Translations under genes and position numbers: made by a program
Shown here: positions 22,333 through 34,183 of the stretch, one piece after another
Layout: the number at the start of each line of letters is the position of its first letter
Position numbering within the stretch: position 1 is the stretch's first letter
Notes under the pieces: generated by a model
Database searches by the model: none
What the model was told of the DNA's origin: nothing
What the model saw: only the letters and a program-made list of their open reading frames with translations
NCBI GenBank assembly: GCA_900617105.1
Contig: UYFQ01000648.1
Location: 1 to 51,155 of the forward strand
DNA from: Hydrurus foetidus
Lineage: Eukaryota
Length of the DNA: 51,155 nt
Reading direction: 5' to 3'

Positions 22333-24716
22333 TTATACGGTTTTCAGCAGGATAGTGTCTGATGCCACGGCCATGCCAAGGATAGAATCCGTTGACACGA
22401 GAATGTTATCGGTGATGTCATTCGCGTAGAAGAAGCCGTTGAGTCCGGTATTGGATGCCGTTGTATCTCCGCTACCATAGTATGACCCATCTGTGACCAC
22501 CTGACCCCTGGTGGTGGTGTAGTACGTCTCACCCACAACTAGGCCGGAGAAGCCGGATGCTAGGCCGGAGAGGGTTACGGACACGGTCTGGGCGAGGGGG
22601 GAGACCCCGCTTGAGGTCATCACGCCTACAGGCTTGGGCAGTATCTCCATGAAGGAGAAATCCGTCCTGAGAGTCAGTTAGAAGACATGATCAGATTTGA
22701 TGTGAAGAAAGCTGCCACTATGTGATTTGATGTGACATCGATATCAATAAGTAATGCTAAGTCAGCGATGCATTGTGATGCGATACGACTTCCTACGACA
22801 AGAAACGTAGTGATGTGAGTCACGCAATCTGTCAACTGAAAATGACCATCCAACACACGCTCTGTTTCTCTTTCCCTCTCTTTCACTTACACTGGGACTG
22901 AGGTGCACTTTGCGTCTGTGATGGATGTCATGATGGCCACTCGAGAGTGGTGAGGAGTGGCGGTGCTGACTGCGAGGGAGAGGAAGCTCATACCAGAGCT
23001 AGCGGACGCAATGGCAGCCGAGAGCACATAGTTCGGAGACACGCGCACAAGAGCAGACTTGGTGCTCTGAATTTGGTGTGTGGATTTGACGAGAGGAGGG
23101 ATGTGACGATGTGACGTGCAGTGTAACCAGACGCAACAGAAGTGTCCTTATCTGTCGCAACGCAAATAACATACATGGCATGCAAAGACACGACACGACA
23201 CGACACGACACGATCGGCAGGGAGTGCAGGAGATTGAAACACTACACCATGTCATATCTGTACCTGCACGATGGCCCCGATAGCAGCTTTGCCCACCATG
23301 AGGTCGAAGAACATCACCATGAACTGAGACCCTGTTCCTATGGTCACGAGGGATATTTTAGAATAGGCTACAGCGGATGCACCTACAGTTATGGATAGCT
23401 GGGAGCCGAGAAGCAAAGCTCCAGTGTTCAGATTGACTGCAATAAGAGTGCAAGTAACTCCGGAGTTAGTGTGACCGTCGAGGTAAGCGACAACAACATC
23501 TCCACTGTCGAGAGCAGTCAGTGAGAAGGTCCCAATCACAAAGAAGCCTGAGAATGCTGTTGCTTGAGTAAGCAGTATTGGCTTTCCCGTGCTAGTGGTG
23601 GCCGTAACCAGCACAGCGTACAGGGGTGCTATGGTCGCTGTGTACGGCTGGGTGCAATAAACCAACATGTACTGTGTAGCGGACACTCCGGTGATCGCGA
23701 ATGACAAACCGTACCCTGAATTATCACCGAATAGCAGTGGCGCTGACAGAGTTACTGCAAGTGTTGTTGGATTGACCGTACCTACGATTGTAAAAAAACA
23801 AAAATCAATTAGTAAGGACAACTATTTCAGCGACAATGCGGGGGAAAGAAATTATCTTACCGAATCGAGTAAATGCGGTAACGTTCCCGCCTGTGTAGTA
23901 TGCCACAGCAAAAGTGGTGTTCGATAGCGCAGTGAGAGATGGATCGAAAGAATAGTAACCGTCAGGGGAGTACACTGCCCTCGCTCCGAATTTGACCGCA
24001 AATTTCGAGTCTACACTGCCTGCAAGAATTGCGCCCGAAGGATTTGATGCTGCTTGGGAGATACTCACAAAGAGACCTGTTGCTTTGTTGAGAGTCGCCA
24101 CATGATAGAGGTCGTATATGCTCTGGGTGGTCGAAAGAATCGACGCTTTCATGGAGCTGTCCACTTGCATAACGGAAAGTGATCCCGCAGTAGTGCCTTT
24201 GTCCATAAAGCTGACAAGGAACTTATCCTCAAAAATTGCAGTCCCTGATAAATATTCAGGACATATGTCGGCTGGAATGGCACCGATATTTCTGTATATA
24301 GAGGTTCCCCCTCCAGACTGTACATTGCCACTGGTGGTCATCGAGACACCACCGACCAAGGGAGTGACCGCAGAGCTTATCGTCGTTGAAAACAGGGCGG
24401 CAGCAGTGGTTCCTTGATTGGATGTCTAGTTTTGGAAAGAAACGCCTGGTTTAGATGGATCGATAATGTTTGATAAAGCATAATTTGATACCTGCGAATT
24501 CTTCTGCCTTGCATACAGTGTGAACAGTATCGGTATTGTTACCACAGGAAAGAGAAGCAGAATAACTACGACTGTTGCTAACAGACAAATGCATGTCCGG
24601 CGAGAAGTATCAGCTTTACTGCGTCTGGCCCCCACTTCGATCGGTGCTGCCAATGTTTTGCCTGCTTTTTCCTCGTCACCAGCGGCATACAGGCCAGTCA
24701 CGATTGCTTCACTCAT
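22333..24716 (-). CDS. Uncharacterised type II membrane protein with beta-rich repeats and a phage-structural-like C-terminus (5 predicted exons)
   Basis: Exons at about 24716-24492, 24425-23861, 23781-23264, 23066-22891 and 22667-22333 join in frame across GT-AG introns. N-terminal TM segment CICLLATVVVILLLFPVVTIPILF. Confidence 0.8.
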
Positions 24717-26130
24717 CTTTTCCTTACTCGAGTGAGTAGGATGACTAATATTTTACTACGTGCTTCGGACTCCTCAAATTATTGCTTTCAGCGTCCAGCC
24801 AAAACCTGTAACCATTATGGCACTCTCTCTCGATGGGATGGTTGTAAAAAATTTAACCTTGAAGTCCGCTGTTCAGTTTCAGTGTTTTGGATGATGTGCG
24901 AAATAACGATCAGCTAAAATATAGAGATTCCAACTTTTCTATTGAATTGCAGCTTTTTCCTCGGAATTGTCAACACTATAAATTATAAATTATGAATGAT
25001 GTGAGCGACTAATATTCATATTTTTATTATTTCAGCAACTCAAAAGTTAGAAACAACAGTGCAAAATGTGCGACACCACTAAAAAATGGAGAGAAGTGCT
25101 TCTGTTTATACATATGTTTTTTTTCGAGTCTTCACTTAAAAAATCACGGCGCAAATACCAAGAAGAATATGGCTATTTCTGACATCCACCAACTTTTATA
25201 GATACCACACGAATCAAGTCAATTCCTTAAAATTTCAATTGATTCTACTACTTTCTACCGAACTCAGAAGTAATGAAGGAGCACTTGTGATCGATGAAGA
25301 AGTGTCTGTTACCGTAGCAGTCCATATGCGTTCGCTCAATTGGAGCAGCAACGATGCTTTGCGTCCTTGTCCTAATGCAAGCGGCCTAAGTCCAATTACT
25401 CAGGAGGAGATGTCGAAAGCCCCTCGCCGCCCAAGCATGTGAGATGATGCACTTTGCGATAGACACCCCATCGTATCATGCGACATTCCATAGCTAGAAA
25501 GCAGCTCGCGAGAATTAGTAGCTGAGAAATCTTAAATGCCCTTGCATTAAGTGCTTTTAATTCTACTCCAATAGTTAAAGTTGCAGTTCTAAAAAAAGTT
25601 GTTACTACATCAACTTTTGTTGCGATGACATTACTCTTAGTAGCGATTCTGCGAAGATAGTGTTATCTGCACACTGAAGTGCAGATTATTCATTATATTC
25701 GAAATTCTACAAATATAATTGCAATTGCGTTGAAAAGTACAAAAATATTTACTTCAATTGCTTAATAACAGAAATGGTGGTCAATTTTTTTAGATTCTTG
25801 ATTCCATCAAAAAGTGTTCAATTCCAGGGTTTCATGGTGCGTTACATTTACCCGAATAGCGAATAGCTTTGATGACCAGTATGATGTGCAGCTCCGTAGA
25901 GCATAACTAGAGTACAGTTTTTAGTATTGTACGTACCGTATGCGATATAGTATACAGTGTCCAGTACCGTACGTGTACGTGCCTCATCAAATCTGTCCGT
26001 TATTTTCACGTTTTCTCTTTTCTCCCGCTTCCGACTGTTACTTGCCACTTCATCAACCAGCGGCGGCCATTTTGAAAAGGCGACTCCAGGAGAGAGCATC
26101 AACCAGCCCCCTGCAAATTTGGTCGTGCCA

Positions 26131-29100
26131 ATGGAGGAAATGTCATCTGAAATGGGGAAACCAAAGGGGAAAACAAGACTCATGATCACGAAGATGATAT
26201 TGGAGAACTTCAAATCGTATGCAGGTGCCCAAGAAATAGGTCCATTTCACAAGAGATTTTCGAGCGTAGTTGGTCCGAATGGAAGTGGAAAATCAAATGT
26301 CATTGATGCATTGCTGTTCGTCTTCGGCAAGAGGGCAAAACAACTTCGTCTAAACAAAGTAGCAGAGCTTATTCACAAGTCATCCGGATTCCCCAACTTA
26401 GAGTACGCGAAAGTCTCTGTCCACTTTCAGCTGATTTACGACGATGAAGAAAGTGCCGATGATTTCGAGGTCGTTCCTGGAAGCGAATTCATAGTCTCCC
26501 GAACAGCCGATTTAAAAAGTCAGTCGAAGTACTCCGTAGATGGGAAAGGATCGACGTATACTGAAGTGGGTCTGTTACTCAGGAAACATGGAATCGACCT
26601 CGACAACAACAGATTTCTGATCCTTCAAGGCGAAGTAGAACAGATTGCTATGATGAAGCCGAAGGCACAGAGTGAGCACGAAGAGGGTCTGCTGGAGTAT
26701 CTTGAGGACATCATAGGGTCGAACACGTTTGTTCCACAGATAGAAGAGGTATTCGTGAAAAGAAAAGGAAAAATCATTTTTTTGAGATTTCAGATTAGTA
26801 TCGAGTATTTTAAACATAAAGGTCCATTTGTATCGTGTAGGTTGGTAAGGCACTCGAAGTACTGAATGAGAATAGAGTGGAGAAAGTCAATCGACTTAAA
26901 TCAGCCGAGAAAGACAGGGATGGATTAGCTGGTAAAAAGGCTGAAGTTGAGGCAGTCATAGACAGAGATCAACAGATAAGAAAGCGCCAGAACATCATAT
27001 TTCAACTACAAGAGAGCTCTGCACTTGCGAAAGTGACGAGTTATCAAGTGAAGAGGAACGAGACGAAAGCCCTGCTTGATCAACATTGTACGAAAAAGAA
27101 GGATAGCGAAGAAGAATTGCTGTCCCTTGAGAGAACATACGCATCCAAGAAATCTGAGTATGATATTGTGAAGAAAGAGCTCGACGAAGCACAGTCGGTA
27201 AGAACTGATTGAAGAGAAGAGTAAATCAAATCTAATTGAAGTGACATTGGAGAAGAGACATCTTCCCTTCACAGCCATATCTCCATCAAAGCAATATGGA
27301 GGATCTAATATTCTACTGAAATTTTTTGTTTATAGAATTTCGCTGCGTATGAGAGGAAGGACATGGAACTGCAGGAGAACATGATATTCAGCAGATCGCA
27401 AATAGACAAATTCAAGGTGACTCTTTAATCTATTTATCTGTCTATTCTGTATATCTCAGTACAGAATCTGCTATCAACAATCAATTTTACATGACAATGA
27501 AATGAGTAATAAAGCTAATTATGCGATGAATGGCTGTGATATGGTACGACATAATGTGATGCGATATGATATTAAATGGTGTGATTCAGAACAACGTCTC
27601 GAAAGACCTTCGAAAAGAAGAGGAGTGTCTGAGGGAAGCGGAAGAGGCCATGCAACAAGTCACCACAGCAAAGGCGAAACTCATCGAAATGGAGGCTAGC
27701 AAGGAGGCGGAAGAGAAGAAGTTGGAGGAGATCTTAGAGGGGTTGGAGGGGGCCACACAGGGTCTGAGGGACAATCTTGAAGTGGCTCAGTCGCAGCTGG
27801 CAGACGCGGAGAGAGCAACTGCATCCATACAGGTGCGTTCGTGTGCACGCGTGTTTGTGTACATGCATGCACTGTACTGCATCGCGTATAATGCCAGTGC
27901 GCTTCATGGTGTCTCGGATTCATCACGTCTTGAATATCACTGATATCCGTATTGCATGCTGCCTAATGACAGACCGAAAAAGAAAGTGCTGAGACTGGTC
28001 TCCAGTTGCTCAAGGCACGGTCAGACAGCGCAGTACTAGCGGTGTCTGCCACAGAGACAAAGATCGTCTCTAGCAAAGAGGAAACACAGCGCGTTCTGCA
28101 GAAGAGAGCTGCCCTTGAGGGAGAGAAAGGAGATCTAGAGCGAAGGGGCAAGGCCATGGAAGTGCAGATTGAAAAGACCAGCGCCGAAGAGGTCTCCGTG
28201 CAGGCCAGGTACTGCAATCCATCTATCCATGCACACAGCACAGCCTATCACATAGCATCGTACTGAACTACGCTACACTATGTAGCACGACATCACATCA
28301 TACTACACTACACTACGCTGCTCCGCACCGCACCGCATTATACTACTCGAGAAAATAGCACACGCATTGATGATTGGGGCATACATGCAATATGACACGA
28401 CATCTGATACCCGTAGACTGTCTTGCTGCGGCTGTCCGTTACTCGTAACGTATGACATGAGACATTCGTTGCACTGTCACACAGTATAAGATCCAATAGT
28501 ATTATATTCTATTGTATGCGCTACAATTAAAATTCTCTGTACACACACTCACACCTTCCTTCCCTCCCTAGTATCCGGTCCGCTCTGATCAGTGTCGAAG
28601 ACGCGAAGTCCAGACTACTGCAGCAGCAGCAGAACTCCTCCAAGGGCAGGAGCAAAGAGCTGGACATGCTCATGGCTGCCACTAAGAAAGGGGGACCACT
28701 ACAACATGTGGGATTGAGGGGCAGATTAGGAGACCTCGGAACCATCGATCCCGAGTATGATGTAGCCATCAGGTAGGAGATAATATTCCTGCAGTCTGGT
28801 CAAATTCAGAAATGTAGAATTCTCTATAGTGGCAATGAAGTCAAAATTGAAATTGCAATATGTTGTAGCACTAAGAGTTCTGCGATTGATTGGTAGACTG
28901 ATGTGCTGTGATGGTATGTGATGTATAATGTAACGTACGACACTCTTCGTAGTACGTGCTGCGGAATGCTCGACTATATGGTGGTGGGTACCCCAGAAGA
29001 GGGACAAGCTTGCATTAATTTCCTCCGAGAAACAAATACAGGACGGGCCAATTTCGTTGTTCTGGAACAAGCGGGACAGCACCGCGCTGCTATGGAGAGG

Positions 29101-32100
29101 TCCCAGACCCTCAAGATTCCAGACGGTGCAAGGCGTGTCGTGGACTTAGTGACGTCATCCGATCCCGCTCTCTTGCCTGTGTTCTACATGGCCCTGAGAG
29201 ACACTCTTGTAGCGAAGGATCTAGAGTCAGCAGTGGCTATTGCTTATCAAGGAGGTAAGGCAATGTGGAGGGTTGTCACCACTGATGGCAATCTTATCGA
29301 CATAAGCGGTTCTATGTCGGGAGGGGGCAAGTCAGCCAAATCTGGGGGCATGCGCCTGTCTGGAAAAGCTAATGCTAGAATTAATGTGACAGACTCTGAT
29401 GAGGTAAAATATAATATGATATAATATAATGGGTCCTACTCATCCTCATCCGCAATATTGTATGCGTTATGTGTAGTGTTGTATCTTGTTGTGTGTGCTA
29501 TGATCACATTCAAGCAAACATCAGACTAACATTGTCTCCTCTCTCCTCCACCTTCTACTCTATCCACCACCTTCTCTTCTCCCCATTCTCTTCCCCCTCT
29601 TCTACCCACCCTCTTCTACCCTCCCCATTCTCTCCCCCCTCTTCTACCCTCCCTCTTCTACCCTCTATTCATCAGATTGTTACTCCAGAGCAAATCTCCA
29701 CCCTTGAGGGGAATGTGGCGAGATTGGAGGGGATGCTGTCAGCATGTCGGCTGAACAAAAAGAACGCGCAAATTACAGTCAAAGACAGTATCGCTAGAAT
29801 AAAAGCTATCGACATTGAGGTGAGATACACCGCTCTCAAAGCATCTTCCACCGTTAAATCTATGTCTTTGATATCTGCCATTTCACCGATGATACCTTCA
29901 TCAAGATGAGCATCAGCATCTTTCCCCTCATCCCCCTGCCCCTCTACACGCCTTCCTCCATCTTCCCCTCTGAAACATAAATAGTCCCTTTCCATGCTGG
30001 TTTCTTGCTCCTCCTGTGCTGTCTATTTAAACAAATAAAATGTGCATCTATTTGTTCATCCATGGGCTGTCTGCAGTCGACAAGTAACACTGTACCATGA
30101 TTGTTCTCCTCCTACAGCTCGAGAAGTTGGCCATGGAACTCTCTCGAATTGAAGAGCACAGTGCAACACTGCAAACCCGACTGAGTGAATTGAGAAAGAC
30201 CGTGGATCTGACTCCTGCTGAATTCCAGGAGATGGGGCTGCTGCAGGTAGGGTCAGAAGAAAGAGAGAGCGATAGATAGAAAGAAAAGAAGGGGGGAAGG
30301 TAGGGAGGGAAAGGCGCAGATAGATAGAGAGGGGGGGAGTACAGAGAGAGGAGGGAAGAGCGGGAAGGGAGAGATAAGCATAGCAGTCATTCTCTATTCC
30401 CCTGTACCTCATGAACGTGTTCTGATTAATGGACACCACAATGTAACTACCTGGTCGCTCATACTGCATGAACAGATTCGCATCAAGTCACTTGAAGAAG
30501 ATATATCTCGCACCTCCCCTGACATGCTCACGCTCAAGAGATCGGTTGAAGCGATCAGCAGACAAATAAAAGCGGAAGGCGGACCCAAGCTGGCAAGGGC
30601 TCACGCTAAAGTGGACAGTCTCATAGCCCAATTGCTTATTCTTAATAATACTAAATCCACGAAGGAGGTCTCTGAGAGCAATGCCAAAAAACAGGTGAAT
30701 ACAATGTACAATTGTTTTTTAAACGGTGGATACTTCTTATCTGCACTGATTACCATTTTATGTACGTGCCAGATAAGTACAGTTCTAGTATGATCTAGAC
30801 GGATATTATCATTATTATTGTATTATGTGACATAATGTAAAGTGCAGAAATGTAAATCACTGTTTGGTTGTGATTACATCCAAGATCATTGGATTAATTT
30901 AATCAATTTAATTACGTTTGAATTATTTTTAGGCTGTCAAAGCAGCAGCGTCAAGATCGAAGGGAGAAGTTGATCTTTCAAAAGCCATCGAGAAACTCAG
31001 CGGATATCAAAAGGAACACGCAGAAATGGAAGATGATGCTATGCTGCTCATACAAACTCAGCAATCGGCAGTTGATAGTGAGGCAAAGCAAGGAGAACAA
31101 CTACAAGCACTTGAGAAATCGCACATATCTCTGCAGAAAAACATCAAAGAAATGCGAGAAAATGAATTGAAGTTGGATGAGGAGTATGTGAAGGCTGAGA
31201 GCAGTTTAAAATTTAACAGTGCGCATGCAGTGTCGTGGAGACAGCAGCTGGTCGAAGTGAGGCAGAAGAACACCGAAGAGCAGAGAGAACACAACGCTGA
31301 CGTCAGAGAAGTGTTAATGAATTTGAGAAAAACTCATACAGACCAATCTCAACCTACTGACTTGCAAGATAAAGAAGAAGAGAGGAGGAAGAGGAAGAGG
31401 TTATTGAGTTGCTGCCTGACTTGACACCGGACATGCTGCAATCGGGTCAACAAGACATCGAACACATTCAGGAAGAGATTGATCAGTACGAGAGGGCGAG
31501 GAGCAAACAAGGTCACGTAGACAGAACAGCCCTCATGGACTGGATTAAGAAGAACGGCTTATATCGCATCAAATTAGCTGAACTTGAAGCAATTACGATA
31601 CAGCGCAATGCAGCTCGTAAGGAATACGAGACATTGCGGGGACAGAGACTTGACATGTTCATGGGGGGCTTCGGTATTATCACGTTGAAGTTGAAGGAGA
31701 TGTATCAAATGATCACCCTTGGAGGAGATGCGGAACTCGAGCTCTTAGATTCCTTGGACCCCTTCTCAGAGGGAATTGTGTTCTCAGTCAGACCTCCCAA
31801 GAAAAGTTGGAAGAACATCAGCAATCTGTCAGGAGGGGAGAAGACACTGTCTTCCCTTGCATTGGTGTTTGCGTTGCATCACTACAAACCTACTCCTCTA
31901 TACGTCATGGATGAAATCGATGCTGCTCTGGTACGTACATACGTTGCACCCCATGAATTGCATTGTATTGTACTATACTGAATTGACTCTATTTGACTTT
32001 ATGCAAATTCCCACGGGATAGTTTCTATTTAAGATCCATTGAACAGCCACAACGACACAGTGTGACTGATGCATCAGGACCGATATATCTGAAATACAGT

Positions 32101-33191
32101 GCACAGAGATGTTCAATTAAATCGAATCGAATCGAATCGAAGAAAATCGAATGACATGAATATTGCACTCTGCTGATATCGTGACCAGTCCACACGTACA
32201 CTTTTATCTCCTATCTTACCTTCCTACGCAACGCACTAACTTCAATTTGAACTTGAATTTCGATTATGAAATGTTATGTAGGATTTTAAGAACGTATCCA
32301 TTGTTGCGAACTACATCAAGGAACGTACGAAAAACGCTCAATTCGTGATAATCAGTCTACGGTAAGAAATCTAGATCACGCTGTTTAGTGCTTCAATTAC
32401 TATTACGCTATTTCTCTACCTCACATAAATGCTTTTCGTTATTTCCTTTCCCTATTCCTCTTTATTCTGGCAACCGATATCACTGGATATCTGTACGTCA
32501 TCAGCAATGATCATTTCCACCTAATTAGTGATTACCATCTAATTAGTGATTACCATCTAATTAGTGATTACCATCTAATTAGTGATTTCTGCTCTAACTC
32601 CGCCATCTAATCGATGCTCCACTGTGACGTCACACGATGTCCCTCTCCCTCCTTCCTACACTCAGCCTCGCCTTGCAAGCATTCTAACGGCAGCATTATA
32701 TCAACTGCGTCCAATGCAATACCTTACACATGACAGACACTTCAAATGCTGATTATTAAAATGAAAACGAAAGTGCTGTACAGTATACATCGCATCATCA
32801 TGTTCACGTACGATTATCTTGTGTGGTTTAATATATTTTGATATCGTGGATTTAATTTTCGAGAGAAATACTGCTGATTCTCCCACTAAAACATGATACA
32901 TCTGTACTGAATAGCAACAACATGTTCGAACTGGCTGATCGGTTGGTTGGCATCTACAAGACTCACGACGCCACTAAGAGCGTCACGATTAACCCGAGAA
33001 TGTTCTCTGAAGCCACAGCCATTAAGGGGAAGATGCTCGCATCTGCGAGCAGAGAGAGGGACAGAAGAATTGCTGGTCTGAGTGGTGTGGAGGAGGGAGA
33101 GGAGGAAGGAGAGGGGGAAGAGGGTGTGAGGGGTATAGAAAGGGGCAGTGAAAAGAAGGTTCTTGGAGATGCAACAAACAGAATGAACTGA
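26131..33191 (+). CDS. SMC4: Condensin subunit SMC4, multi-exon; start codon uncertain
   Basis: LENFKSYAG, GPFHKRFSSVVGPNGSGKSNVID, RFLILQGEVEQI; hinge GRLGDLGTID..GSMSGGG; LSGGEKTLSSLAL, YVMDEIDAAL, NAQFVIISLR-NNMFELADRLVGIYKT. Confidence 0.96.
32516..32587. repeat. Intronic 18-bp tandem repeat (CTAATTAGTGATTACCAT) x about 4
   Basis: Direct reading. Confidence 0.9.
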
Positions 33192-34183
33192 GGATTCTGG
33201 AATCAGATCCAGGGTCTGTCTCAATGAATTTGATTTCAATGTCCATTGATCATTTTAGCCGTTTCTCTCCCCCACGTTTGGTGTGTCGTGTCCTGTTGGA
33301 TTGTCACTCTGTCAGTGGATGGCGGGGTGTCATCTACAGTGGCATAAGGGGCTGTACGCACGCACGTACGCGTTAATCTCGTGTACGTACTGTGAACTGT
33401 TTCTGTGCAAATAAGTTCTGTTCCGATACATCAGATTAGACTCACTAATTCAACAATTCAATTATCCAAGGAACCTCATTTTCTTTCATTGTGGTTTTAT
33501 GCATGTTTTATGGTCTCTTTCACCACATTATTCTCCTCTTTTATTTGTTTATACTAGTGAATTGATGTTATTGTCTTCAGAAAATCATGTAACCCTTTTA
33601 ACTAGTAGTTACCATTTTATAATATGGAATTCTTTTGACCCTCATCTTTTCTCTGATTGAACAGCGTTTAGCGGATTAATGGCTACTTTCGAATTGACAG
33701 CACACGATTGTTTGAAGATCATCGATTGTAGGCGAAATAGTAAGATGAGAGTGCCTTCTTCGAGCTTATATCGGATTATGTAGAGACCGGCTGCATGACA
33801 GTCGTTTTTCGTTGTAATGCGGTCACCAAATCATCGAGCCTAGTGGGCGCATTTATCACTGATAGAAAACAAGCGCAAAAAGTTATATGGAGTCCATCAG
33901 TTGGTATATTCGGTATTCCGTATTGTGAAAAGGAGAAAAACAAAATACTGTGGATTATATTAGGTATCGTTTTCTGGAGAAAAGGTAGCACAGTACTATT
34001 TTTCAGTAGAAATGAAGCTGAAGGCTTAAGATCTTCCAGATCATATCATCCCATCACTTCCTTCACAGTTCAAGAGTTCCATCAACCTCCAACAAATAGG
34101 CTACTGGTAAACGGAATTGCGAGTGACAGCTTTCAAAGTATCTTCAAAACCCGTTGTAACTGAAATCGCTAAATAAACTTGAT

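Noticed and set aside
25239..25530. Coding-like stretch between the membrane protein gene and SMC4
   Set aside because: Short frames with stops and no recognisable motif on either strand.
33795..34163. 122-aa ORF upstream of GARS as a targeting-peptide exon
   Set aside because: It terminates before the GARS ATG, there is an in-frame TAA at 34157-34159 upstream of that ATG, and no clear splice joins the two.
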